A DNA stretch of 64,000 bases, taken from Eutreptiella sp. 'Long Island Sound 2002' (lineage: Eukaryota; Protista; Euglenida). The notes beneath the pieces are model-generated. The model did no database searches. It was not told the DNA's origin and worked only from the letters and a program-made list of their open reading frames with translations. The stretch covers positions 2,728,001 to 2,792,000 of the forward strand of contig OZ038378.1 in the NCBI GenBank assembly GCA_964036045.1, given 5' to 3'. Below, piece after piece: positions 47,005 to 58,462 of the stretch (positions are counted from its first letter, which is position 1; each line of letters opens with the position of its first letter). Position numbers and translations under genes: made by a program.

Positions 47005-47996
47005 ATGGATCCCCCACTGCAGCCTGCGGACGTCCCCCGCCCCACCGCAGCGCCAGGCCCCCTCTCCACGTCCCCCACCCGCCGCACAACGCTGGCCTCG
47101 GCGGGCGCCGCATGTGCACTGCTGGGGCTGACCATCGCCGTCCACGCCAAGACCCACGCCCCCGCGACCACCGCCAGCGTCGCAGCGGCAGCACTCGACG
47201 TGCCCCGCAGCGCCATCCAGCCAGCGCTCGGCGTTCCGCGCAGGCGGCCGGGGGTGTGGCGTGCCCCTGCCATGAAGGAGCCCCCCGCCAGCGACGCCCG
47301 GGGGCCGTACGCCTCATCGTCCCCTGCCGCTCTTGCACGCCGCCTTCGAGTGCCTCCCCAGCACGCCCCAGGCCCCGCAGGCAGTGCTGCCCCGTGGGTG
47401 CCCTATTTCATGTCCATGCTCCTGGGCTTTGCCGCAGGCCTTCTGTACGCCCGCCAGCGCCCGGCAGCCACCGGCGCGCCCGCGCCGCCCGCGCCGGACC
47501 GCACCCGTGGGGGCGTTCCTAACGGCTGCGTGCCGCTCAGCCTCGGAGGCCTCGGCCCCGGTCCGACGGGCTCAGGCCACTGGGCCCTCCTGGTGACGTC
47601 CGGTGCGCGGCCCCGTGCCCGGGCCCCCGCCCTCCGCAGTGCCGTCGCTGTTGGGGAGCGCCCGTTAACTGTGACCGAGGGCAAGTGCAAGTGGCTTGGC
47701 GGCGCGCGCGGCAGCGACGGGGCCATTTACGGGGTGCCGGCCCATGCCCGGCAGATCATTAAGATCGACCCGCGGACCGGCGATCTGGACGTTTTGCCGG
47801 GTGCCCCGCTCGGGAAGTACAAATGGCTCCGCTGTGTGCCGGCCCCCGACGCGGCAATCTACGGGATCCCGGCGTGGGCGGAGTCCGTGCTGAAGATCGT
47901 GCCAGGGACGCGGGAGGTGACTACCTTTGGCCGCGTGCCGAAGGGGCAATGGAAGTGGCACGGGGGCGCTCTTGGGCACGACGGCGTGATTTACGG
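47005..47996 (+). CDS. Putative plastid-targeted repeat (beta-propeller-like) protein, exon 1 of 4
   Basis: ATG follows a CCCCTTCAG acceptor. TM1 (AGAACALLGLTIAVHA), an Ala/Pro/Ser/Arg-rich spacer, and TM2 (WVPYFMSMLLGFAAGLLY) plus RQR are followed by KW.GG...DG.IYG.P repeats. GT donor at 47997. Confidence 0.85.
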
Positions 47997-48505
47997 GTTG
48001 TTGCCCAATGCCATGCCCCGGACCTGCATGGCTTTCCGTGCTGGTGGTGTGCGGTGGATGGGGGTGGGTTTAGGGGGGCGGGCTCCGTGCTGTCAACCCC
48101 CTCCCCCCCACCAGCGCTGAGAATTCGGCCCCGGTCATCGAAGAATACTTGGCGACAAACAGCGACACTTGGGATCTTGTGGCCAAGTCCAAGAACGCCA
48201 ATCTTCCCGTTTCGTTTTGCTTCGGCGCCTTTGACACCAAGAGGATTAAAGCTGAAAAATTTGTGGCCCGCCTTCGGCGGGGACCATAGGGGGACCCTAG
48301 GAAGAGTGGGGGTCCCAGCCAACCCTCGCCCTCCCTTCAGATCCCCCCCTCCCCCCCTCCGCCCCTTCTAATACATCCCCCCCGCCCCCCTCCACAGCGG
48401 TGCACGGTGTCTACAAGCATCAGATCGACTGTGCTTTAGGTAATACACATTGGGTCGCGTGTCAGGCCAGCTCTGCCCCCTGCCCTTGTGGCCCACCTAT
48501 CGCAG

Positions 48506-48707
48506 GGTCCCTGCAAATGCAGAGCGCGTGCTGAAGATTGTGCCCAGTACCGGAGAAGTGACGATGATCGGGGAAGCGATGGAAGGCAAGAGCAAGTGGT
48601 ACGGGGGCATTGTGGGTGGGGACGGTGCCATCTACGGCATCCCCTACACCGCCGAGGCCGTCCTGCGCATTGAGCCCGGCACTGAGGAGGTCACCACCAT
48701 TGGCCAG
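48506..48707 (+). CDS. Repeat protein exon 2
   Basis: AG at 48504-5. Completes IYG|VPANAERVLKIVP...KWYGGIVGGDGAIYGIP...VTTIGQ. GT at 48708. Confidence 0.88.
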
Positions 48708-50947
48708 GTCCTCCCACGCACCCTCGCCCCCCCCCCCCCCTCTGCTTCGACGCCCCTGCACCACGTCCGTGTGGTTCATCCAATCCAAAAAGGGAATGCT
48801 CCCGGGGTGAGCACCAGTGCACGTGATGTATGAAGGCTTGAGGCAGGCCTTTTCTTTTTTTGGTGCTGTGGAACCCCCAAGGGGGAGGGGGTCGAGAAGG
48901 GGGGGGAGTGGGGGGGGCAACAGGAGCCAGCATGTTTCTGGCACGTTGGCTCTGCCTTGAGTGGTTTGGGGAGGTGAACTCAAGGATTGTGCTTGCTGCT
49001 TTGTGCCTTTTTTTTTTCCACTGTGTACTGGATGCTTATGGGGTTTGGTGTGGAAATTAATGCCTGGAAGATGGTATGTCATGTTGGATGTCTGATGGGG
49101 TTGGAGCAAGTGAGCAGGGTTTGCCTGAACACAGCACTGAAAAGGTGCAAATGACAAACAAACAACGACGAACGACGCTCACCCTGGTAGGATTTTGTTT
49201 GCCCCAGCTTTGTGATTTGCCTCTGCGTTCCGGGACTGAGGTTCACCACCCTTGCCTTGCAATTGTTGCTTGGAAATCAGACTGGTGTGAATGGGGACTG
49301 TGGCTGCGAAGATGAGCATCTCCATATTGCATCCAACAGAGATGCAGATTGTAGAAAAGCTGCACTGCGGCCAAATCCGAGAGACACGGGAAACATTGCA
49401 TTTGCGACATAGATTCGATACGTGTTCCCGATGAAAACAAAACAAGAGATCCTGCCCCATTATTTTGTACTCCAAATTGGTACGACTCGTTTTAAAGTCA
49501 GCTTAAGGGCCGGTTGGGTCCCTGAGAAACGCCCCCCCTCCCCCCCTTTGGGGGCACGCATGTGGCTGTCAAAGGATGCCATGGTGGTAATATTTGTGGA
49601 TGTGGACTCTGGTTCATGCACCATTCGCCCCCCTCGCTACCCAGAACGCAACCATCTGTTGGGCGATGTGTTCCGCGCCACATGGCAGTAGCCCCAGTTG
49701 CATGGTGCGATTGGCGGGGGGTCCGACCGGCAATGTGCCATGATTTTTTTGCCCCTGGCAGGGCCACCAGGAGCCTGGCATGTTGCTGGCCAAAGGTGTG
49801 GCCCCTAGCCCAGCCGGCCTCTGGCTGGACATGTGCCCAGATGTCCAGGAAATGGCCCTGATTTTCTGGCCCCCCCGGCTGGGGGAATGAAAATATACAG
49901 TGAAGGGCAACGGGCGTTTCAAGACTGCCATTTTATCATAGCACACCCTAAGATTACTGCTTACCACCGACAAGTGGTCTTGGCTGACCGTCAACTTTCG
50001 ACTGGTGGCAATCAGACCGAGTACAAATGTGGCAGACTGCGGCTGCATTAAACTGCGAAGTGGAGCATCTGCATATTACATCCAGAGAGCTTCAGAATGT
50101 ACAAGAGCTGCGATGCAACTTTATCTGAGAAACACGGACACATTGCGTCTGCGACAGGGCAACCACACGCCACCCCTCAGAACACACAGGAATCTATCAG
50201 CACATGCACTGAATGCTTTGTCAACCTCCAACCTCCAACGGGCAATCCCCAACTGCCGATGGTTTATCAAGCAACAAGGCAAAGTTGGTGAACCTCAGAC
50301 GTCTTTTTCAGTGGGTTTTTTTTACGATCACCATCGAGATGTCAGTGACATGCACATGCATGAATACGGTGTGACCAATGGAGCTAAGGATGGCCTAGGC
50401 AAAGCATCAGTTTGCATCACAGGAGTGTGGCAGCAACGGCAAAGACCGGAGCCAAGAACAAGCAACGGTTTGGTATTTAATGCATCTGCTCATCGTGCAA
50501 ACGCATCCATGCACGGGACATCATGGCCCGGCAGCACCTTGTCTGCCTGTTCCTTCCTCACGGATCATCCCAGTTTGCCATTCTTCCAGAAATTTATCCA
50601 CAAAATGAGGTTCTACGGTTTCATCTGCCCCCCTCCTTCCCTCCATTCCTCCCTCCCCTCCCGTGCCATGCCTTCTTGCCTTCGACTACCCACACATGTG
50701 CCGCCCGCATGCCTGCCCCGCCTACTCTACGCAGCATCTTCCTCTTCTCCACCCTTCTGTCTTCTTTAGCATCTTCTCCCTTGTGCATTTCTTCCTCCAC
50801 CATCGCATGCCCCTATCTCTCGCATGCAAGCCGCCCCCTCCCCCAGTCCCCGCCCCAAGGTTCCTCGTTCCCTGCCTTCCTCACCCATCCCCTGCTTCCC
50901 TCTCTGCAATGCAATTTCCGCGTCTCTTTCCTCTTGGGCTTCCAAAG

Positions 50948-51163
50948 GTTCCTAAGGGGGAATGGAAGTGGCACGGTGGTGTCGTGGCTCCTGATGGGAA
51001 CATTTATGGCATTCCCTCCCACGCGGACAAAGTGTTGAAGGTCAATACTCAGACCCAGGAGGTGACGCAGATTGGGCCGGCCCTGAAGGGGAGATACAAG
51101 TGGGGTGGGGCCGTCGTGGGCAATGATGGGGCGATTTATGGGATCCCCAGCGACACTGATCAG
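50948..51163 (+). CDS. Repeat protein exon 3
   Basis: AG at 50946-7. VPKGEWKWHGGVVAPDGNIYGIP...KWGGAVVGNDGAIYGIPSDTDQ. GT at 51164. Confidence 0.88.
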
Positions 51164-52093
51164 GTGACCTCCGTTGCCCCTCTGTTGTCTGCTGCTTTGT
51201 TCCGGAGCTGACAAAAAGAAATACAAAGCACAGGGGTTGCGTGAGGAACTTGATCCACCTGCCCCTGCGGATCCACAAACCTACGCCTACAGGGGGCTGC
51301 AGTTTGTTCGCCTACACAGTGAAGATATGTGATAATTCGGCTCAAAGAAGGTTGTTAGATCATGGACAGTCGCAAGCGCCATACACCCCCATTTCTGGGG
51401 GGTTATCCACATCACATAAGGGGCATAAGGGTCTGTGGTCAAACTTAGTAAATTTTTTTTACATTAACTTTACCATCTTATGGGGTTTGTTACTAAGTTC
51501 CGAAACTTAGCCCCCAAAAACTTTTCAACAAAGTTTTTGCCTTGGCAATTGTTTTTTCACAAAGTAAAGAATTTAGTGAAAAAAGCACCCTTGTACTAAG
51601 TTTGGGAAATTTAACAACAAAATTTTCATTCCTCCCCGCTTTGAGGACCGAGAGACGGCAGGGGTTATGTAGCATTTTTGATTGCTCCCCACTCTGGGAA
51701 CCCCGAGTTGGTGGGGTTTATGTCGCCTTTTTGATTCCTCGCTGCTCTGGGGACCTTGAGACTGCAAGGCTTACGTACATCTCGACTAGTCAGGACCTAT
51801 TTTTAAGGCCGGCTGGGATGCATTGGAGGAGCACTAATCCGCAACGCCGCACAATTGCTCTGGACCATTTGGACTATGCTTAGGAGCATTATGTTGTCTG
51901 CTCCACTTGTTTTTGATTGCTCCAACGCGTGAATACCTTTGCCTTAAGTCTGACCCCCTATACGACAAGCCACACATAGTTGGTGTAGAGGAAGTTTTTG
52001 GGTGCTTTGGCGGGATTGAAATGAAGCGGGGGCTAGAGCTCTTCCACCTCCTCCCAATCCTCACCCCCATGCGGAACCTTTTTTGTTTTTGCC

Positions 52094-52123
52094 CAGGTCA
52101 GGTCAGGTCAGGTCAGGTCAGGT
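52094..52123 (+). repeat. (CAGGT)6 array behind a poly-T tract within intron 3
   Basis: TTTTTTGTTTTTGCC followed by CAGGT x6. Confidence 0.9.
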
Positions 52124-52420
52124 ATTGCCCGCTACCACCGTCCGCCAGCCCGCTATCAAGCGTCCGATGGCAGGACACCTGGCCGAAACACACGCACTCA
52201 GAGGCCCTGAGAGGACACCAGCCGGTAGAGATGCTACCTGACAGGCGGGGCTTGAGCTGGGGAACTTGGTCTGGCAGGGGTACCTCTGCCTCATCCGGAT
52301 AGCACCGTCCCCGGGGGGAGCGCCCTGTATTGGCTGGTCCCGCTGGTGGGGCCCGCTCCGTCCCATCCGACTCGAGTTTTTTGCCCGACCCCCACTCCCA
52401 TGATGCCGCGTGCTTCTCAG

Positions 52421-52768
52421 GTGATCAAGATTGTACCGGAGACGGGGGAGGTGACGCTGCTTGACGGGCATTTTCCCGGCAAAAACAAATGGCAAGGCGG
52501 CGTGTTGGCTCCGGATGGGACAATCTACGGCATTCCGACGGATGCGGAGGCCGTGCTGAAGATTGTGCCTGAAACGGGGGAGGTCTGCACGATTGGAGGG
52601 CCGTTCAAGGGCAAGAATAAGTGGCAGGGCGGGTTTTTGGCCGACGGTGGTGTGATCTACGGAATCCCGGAAGGGGCGCAGGAGGTGCTGCAGATCATCT
52701 GTGGCACGGGGGAGGTCACCACGATCCATGATGACCGGATGGTGCCAGTGAACCTCCACCAGGACTGA
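52421..52768 (+). CDS. Repeat protein exon 4 (joined protein 585 aa, 8 repeats of ~44 aa)
   Basis: AG at 52419-20. VIKIVPETGEV...KWQGGVLAPDGTIYGIP...KWQGGFLADGGVIYGIP...HQD-TGA. All junction phases are consistent. Confidence 0.88.
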   Translation: MIKIVPETGEVTLLDGHFPGKNKWQGGVLAPDGTIYGIPTDAEAVLKIVPETGEVCTIGGPFKGKNKWQGGFLADGGVIYGIPEGAQEVLQIICGTGEVTTIHDDRMVPVNLHQD

Positions 52769-54087
52769 GTGCTGCCTTGCCAAATCTGCATTGCTTCATA
52801 TGAAACGATGCATCAGGGAGAGGCTTCGATGTGATGCGCAAACACAGTGGAAGCGTTACGATGACTCCCGCTTGCGATCCTGCTTGCAGTAACCACAACA
52901 CTTGCAATAACAATGCCGGGGGCTTTGCACTTCAGAGTCGCAAGTGAAGTCCTGCCCGATTTACACTGAACCATCTGGTGTAGATTTGCTTTTTGTGGCA
53001 TGGTCCATGCCGGCTGTATCAGGCAAAGCAAGAGAGACGGTCGAGCTGCACAGGCAACACCACCCAGTGCCCCACCCCATGTGACCTGACGTGAACGGGC
53101 AGGAACGTTTGTGTACGCCCCGTGCAGTGTGGGTGGTCCGGGGGGGGCTGGGGGTGCTTGCAATTGTGCTACGGTGATTCCAACATGTGTGTGTGTGCAC
53201 GTGCACTGGAGGCATTTTCAAGAGTGGCTATTGCAAGAAAGCTCCACGATCATGGTCTGTGCGAGATGCGAAGCCAGCCCCACACACGTTATATATGAGG
53301 TTCCACCTGTGCTCACTTATGCATGGGTGTGACTTGGTGTCAGCAAAAAACAACTGGTGTCCTAACCTAAGGCACAAAGCATAGGCGACAGATTGTAATG
53401 TAGAACATATGACGCACCTGGTCCAATGGTATGAGAAAGTGGGTCATTGTGTTTGGAAGTGGGTCCAGTTGAATGGTGCAGCAACATTTTGTGGGTTGTA
53501 GCTTGGCTTAACCCCAAAACAGTTTGACCTTGATGTGCTGTCTGTTTGGTTTACATGAAATCACAACACGAATCACTGGGCGACATCTCTCCCACTACCA
53601 TGTCACCACAGGGGCTGGCCGGCGCTGCCGGGTGACCGGTGGGATGTGTGCCTGCATCCTCTTTCTCTGCAGTGCGGCGTGGTGGTGCTTAGTGTCACAT
53701 CGCAGGACTTGGGGCGGCCCTGCGGCAGGTCAGCAATATGACTGGATGGCACAAACTGGGGTGATGGCGGTGGTGACTGTGGGGGCACGTTCGGTGGCAT
53801 GTGTATTGCAGCCACATGTCACAAGTCAACTTTGGAGATTGATGGTGATAGATAGAAGCCCATAAAGACTGAAACTGACTTGTGGAAAGCATTTTCTGGG
53901 AAGCAAATTGGTGTTGTCATGCCTGCTGTTTTGATCCATCTTGGGGCGACGGGAGGGTGTGCAGATGCATGGGAGGAGCCCTGACCCCCTTTGGTCCATC
54001 AGAATTGGTGGCCCAAGTGCAATCCTGTGCAACATCAAATACCGGCAAATGAAGGAGTGGGAGATAGTCTGCTGCAAGGCAACTCTG

Positions 54088-54141
54088 GGGTGGTAGCGGT
54101 GGTGGTGGTGGTGGTGGTGGTGGTGGTGGTGGTGGTGGTGG
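54088..54141. repeat. (GGT)n microsatellite
   Basis: About 15 tandem GGT. Confidence 0.95.
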
Positions 54142-55049
54142 CGCAATGTCTGTGAAGAGTTCCGGATTGTCAAAAGCTGTGATGCTGAACCTTGTGGGGT
54201 GTGGGTCTGTCATTTAGCAAGTCAGATGGGGCCAAAGGGGAGGCTGAACTACAGCAGGTTGTGGCATGTGTATCAGTGCTGACCTACGCTTGACCTACAC
54301 TGACAACACATGTACCAAGGGTACACGCTAGAACGCCCAATATGTTGTTCTAGAAAATTTCACTAGAACAACTAGAACAAAAAAGTATGGGCTTCCCCCA
54401 ACCTGGGGGTACCCTTCATGGAAAGTGGAGCCCAGGAATGGTACGAGGGGTCCCGGGTCCACTTTCGATATTTTGTTGGGGGTTTAACCCAGAGTTCCAC
54501 CCCAGAGAGTTGTCGTTCCAGTATTGTTCCAGTATTGTTCTAGTCGGCGAAGCTGCCGCCCACTAGAAGGCGTTGACGAGGGCAAAACTAGAACAGAAAG
54601 ATCGAAACATGTGCAGTGCTCCTCCACTCCTCAAAGAGAAGCTTCCCTAGCTCCCGTGGCCAGTCGTGGCGACTCACGTGTCTCCGCTTCTGGGAGCACC
54701 CCCCCCCCCCCACTGAACCTCAAGCCCCCTCCTGGTTAGCTTGATTCGCCCGGTTAGCCCCCTATCGCGATTTGTTAGCCCCTGTTAGCCCATTGCGAAA
54801 CACAAGTCACCCCTCCTGTGTTGTGTGTGGGGGGCGGGGGTCCCCGGGGCTTCCCCCCACCACTACTACCCCCCCCCCCCCCTGCCCGCCCCCTTGTCCC
54901 CACTGTTGTCTCCCCCCTCGTCCCCACCATTGTGCCCGTCCCCTTGCTGTTCTTCTTCCCCCATAGCCTCGGCTAACTACTCTTTCCCCTCCTGTTCCAT
55001 CTGGAAGAGGAGGCCTGCGGGCACCCTATAAGAGCCCCCCCCTTGCCCT

Positions 55050-55120
55050 CTTCCTCTTCTTCCCCTTCTTCCCCTTCTTCCCCTTCTTCCCCTTCTTCCC
55101 CTTCTTCCCCTTCTTCCCCC
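55050..55120. repeat. (TTCCCCTTC)n 9-bp tandem repeat in a C-rich low-complexity tract
   Basis: About 7 tandem copies. Confidence 0.9.
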
Positions 55121-55726
55121 CCCCCCCCTCCCCCTCCCCACATGACCCCAAGTACCACTTCCCCAACTGCTCCTCATCCTAGTCCTCCATGGCGACACAC
55201 CTTGTAACAGTCCCCGTATCCCCCCCCCCCCCCCTCCCAACAGGCATCCCAGATCTCCCCTGCCACTGGCAAGTCCCCATAGGGGGGGTTGGATGGGGGG
55301 CTTCTCCTTCTTCTCCTTCCCCTGTTTCTTCTTCTTCCCGTCCACCTTGCTTTCTTTGGAGGGGGGGGGAGGTTGGGGGGAGGGGCTGTCACTCGCAGGC
55401 TCACTCCCACTCTCCCAATGCCCCCCCCCCCCCCTTGGGCAGGGGCTTGGGGGCCTTCTGAGGGGCAGCGGGGGGGCTTCTTGAGGGTTTGGGGGGGGGT
55501 GCCGCATATTGTGGTAACATGGAGACGTTAGTCTCCTGGATCTCTCAGCACGGCGTTGAGCAGAAGTCAAACGCAAGGCAAAGATGGCAAACACAAAACA
55601 TGTCTAAATGAATGCAACCTTCAAAGTATGGAGGGTCCGTACAAAACATGTCTAAATGAATGCAACCTTCAAACTATGGAGGCTCCGTACGCCCCGTTGC
55701 TTTTTATACATTCTTGTGGAGAAAAA

Positions 55727-56070
55727 TCACCTTGAAGAGAGGTTGTTAGATCAAGCGTAGGCGTGAGCATCGTATACCCCCCCTTTTTGGGGGTCGTTCG
55801 TGTAGCATACCCCAATGTATGGTTTCTGACGTCCAACCCCTTTGAAAATCATCATTTTAGGACCAAAAATGATCCCCCAATGATTTTTTTGGATTTTGAC
55901 CCCCGTACCCCCCTGCACCTGGGTACCACTTTTTTGGGGGGCGGGGGGGTTCAAAACTTCTTTGCGTATTGTGGCCGCTGTGTGTGCATTTGGACCTACG
56001 TCCTAAAGAACTTTTTTCTTGTATATGGACCCCCTAACCCATGGCGGGGGTCCCGGGTCTCAACTCTAGG
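55727..56070 (+). mobile_element. 3'-truncated copy of the Helitron/Helentron-like family
   Basis: GAAAAA|TCACCTTGAAGAGAGGTTGTTAGATCAAGC; colinear with 15209-15590 for ~340 bp, with no 3' hairpin found. Confidence 0.8.
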
Positions 56071-56332
56071 TACTGTCTTCTGCTGCTCTGGTTCCTGGTT
56101 CACATGGAAGTTGGCCATAACCCCTCCCCCCCCCAAATGGGGGGGATAACACCGCCCCCAGGTGTGATAATCCTCCCCGATGGGGGGATAAAACCACCCC
56201 TTTTGGAATGCCTTACATGATCTGCTTTTTAAATCCTGAAGAGTGCAAAAAAAAAAGGGAGACAATTGTAAGTATGAAAATGGTACAGAAACAGCATGAA
56301 ATCAACAAAGGGACAGATCTGTTGCGTCCATT

Positions 56333-56335
<3 letters not shown>

Positions 56336-56369
<34 letters not shown>
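56336..56369. repeat. (TG)n microsatellite
   Basis: About 17 tandem TG. Confidence 0.95.
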
Positions 56370-56371
<2 letters not shown>

Positions 56372-58404
56372 TCAAGGGCCAGTGCTGCTTCATAGCACAC
56401 CAATTCATTGCTGTGCACAGCAAACGTGAAGAGACCCACCTACCCCACCCTATCACCAAGTGCAACATGTTTCTCTCCTACCAAGATGGGGGCTGCATCA
56501 CACCTGATGCACATTGGGCAGTGCAAGTACCCTGAGGCTGCACGCAAAAAAAAGCATCAATTTGCCCAACCCAAAGCGTTAGGCATGTGTATACGACCTC
56601 ACCATTAATATACAAAGGTCACCTTGAACACCATTGATATGCAAGTTTAAATGACACAATCGCGAATTATGGGAACTGCTAAAATGAGGAAAATAGATAA
56701 CAAGAAAGGAAAAGCCCTAGATAGAAAAGAGATTAACCCGTGATGACGAGTCCGTTATCAAGAAGTGGAAGACATCGTGTCACAATGATTCCACAGCCTG
56801 TGTTTCAATGTTATGACGCGTGACAGCAATACCCAGCGCGAGATGACAATCCAATGCAAAGAACAACCTTTTTTGGAAAAGCACCTCAACACCATGCATA
56901 GGGTGAATTTGGTGGCCATCTTCATGCTATCACATCTGGCCTCACACAACCAGCCAATATGCACGGGCCAGCCGAGGGTCAATAATTCAGTGGCACGCAT
57001 GAGAACGCGTCAACATACCCATGTACATACCTCCGCCAAATCGAGAGAGGCATATCATTAAGCCATCAATGTTATGACGCAAGCCGCCAACACATGCCAC
57101 AACGACGATTGCATTGGCGCTAATGCTGTGGGATGCTGCCATTAAGTGGTAGCACCCAGCAGTGCAAAGGCTCTCATCACCGAGATAACTTGAGTGAAGC
57201 CCCAAATGATGATCCGGCTCGATGTTTAATCCCTGGGCTTCAGATGCTAAGCACACACTGGGATGATGGAGCCCAGCGACCATTGGTGTATACCCCCTGG
57301 GGCTTTTTTCCTCTGCAACAAACGCATCAGCAGTGTCAACAGTGACAATTGACACAAGTTCGAGTCTTCTCGCTGCAAAAACGTCCGTCTCACGACGAGC
57401 TCACTAAATGCTTTTCCATGGACCAAATTCTCCAGTTGCAAATTCTTTTCCAGGAGCAAAACATAGGGCAAAGATGGCAAACATACAACAGGTTTAGATG
57501 GATGCAGTCTTCAAAGTCTGGAGGCCCTGTACGCCACAGTGCTTTTTGTACATCACCATTCTTGGTTGCCTCACTGGCACTACTCGTTAAACCCGTTGAA
57601 GAGTGCTAAAAAGAAAGACAAACATAAGTATGAAACTGGTGCAGAAACAGCATCACATAAACAAAGGGACAGGTCTGTTATGTGGCTTCGTGTGCACATG
57701 ATCGGGGCCTAGTGCTGCTCAGTATTTGCCTGCGCGCATAACCTGCTACGCCAAAGCACTGGTCATACACAGCAAAGTTGGAGAAGACACCTATGATCTG
57801 CCTAGGATTATGAGGCATCATCAAGCATTCTCATGTCTCAATAGACAAACAGGACATGCCTTATAAGACATCAGACATCAGACACCACCACCACCATGGT
57901 GAGTGTGTGGTTGTATGAATTCATCTATACACCCACAGACGAAACTGTTTCTTATGCAATTGTCCAACCCTGCCCCTACCTTTGCACGATTCATCAATGT
58001 GTCACCATCCCTCTTCTCCCTGCTATGTGCTGGGTAGAAACACATGCGTACACCAATGAGGGGTGTTTGCCTGGCACACTCCTTTGGGCAATTGTCCTTG
58101 ACTTTCGTCCCAAATTTGCCATCTCTTACAGAAGTCAACCTGCTGAAACCAAATATTGCAGATCGTTGGGACTTAGCCTACTGTGGTAACTTCAGCAGCA
58201 CCAGGCCCTCATGCTGGTTTATGCTAGGCTCGCAGCAAAACTTGCGGCCCAGAAGACCTGTGCCCGACAATCATGGATTCCATAGACTCAAGGGTCCGCT
58301 GATCCATTATCTGGCTCTGCTGTGTTTGCTGTTTGGATCCTGTTGCAAGTTGGCAAACACCCAATGCGGAATGCTTCTATTTCTTTTTTGCAACCCCAGG
58401 CATG

Positions 58405-58430
58405 CCTTTCTCAGTGTCCATTTATTTACT
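58405..58430 (+). other. Relic euglenid spliced-leader-like sequence upstream of the TBC gene
   Basis: CCTTTCTCAGTGTCCATTTATTTACT matches the recalled SL 26-mer at 20/26 positions without gaps and ends 32 nt before the ATG. A polypyrimidine tract plus CAG (~58377-58399) lies just upstream. Confidence 0.68.
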
Positions 58431-58462
58431 TATTATCCCTGATTGTTTTCTCTCTAGTTTCC

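Noticed and set aside
47997-48505. Euglenid non-conventional (stem-loop) introns
   Set aside because: All introns I could define have GT-AG ends and I saw no convincing pairing between their termini.
54977-55594. 205-aa ORF with Lys/Arg/Gly-rich tracts
   Set aside because: It derives from C-rich low-complexity and 9-bp repeats and has no recognisable domain.
56741-56830. Box C/D snoRNA starting at TGATGA
   Set aside because: No CTGA box D or terminal stem at a suitable distance.
58322-58462. N-terminal extensions given by the ORF track (also 4490-4525 and 46888-47004)
   Set aside because: They run through pyrimidine-rich acceptor or SL-relic sequence and start at non-ATG codons; the first ATG after the AG gives a sensible protein start.
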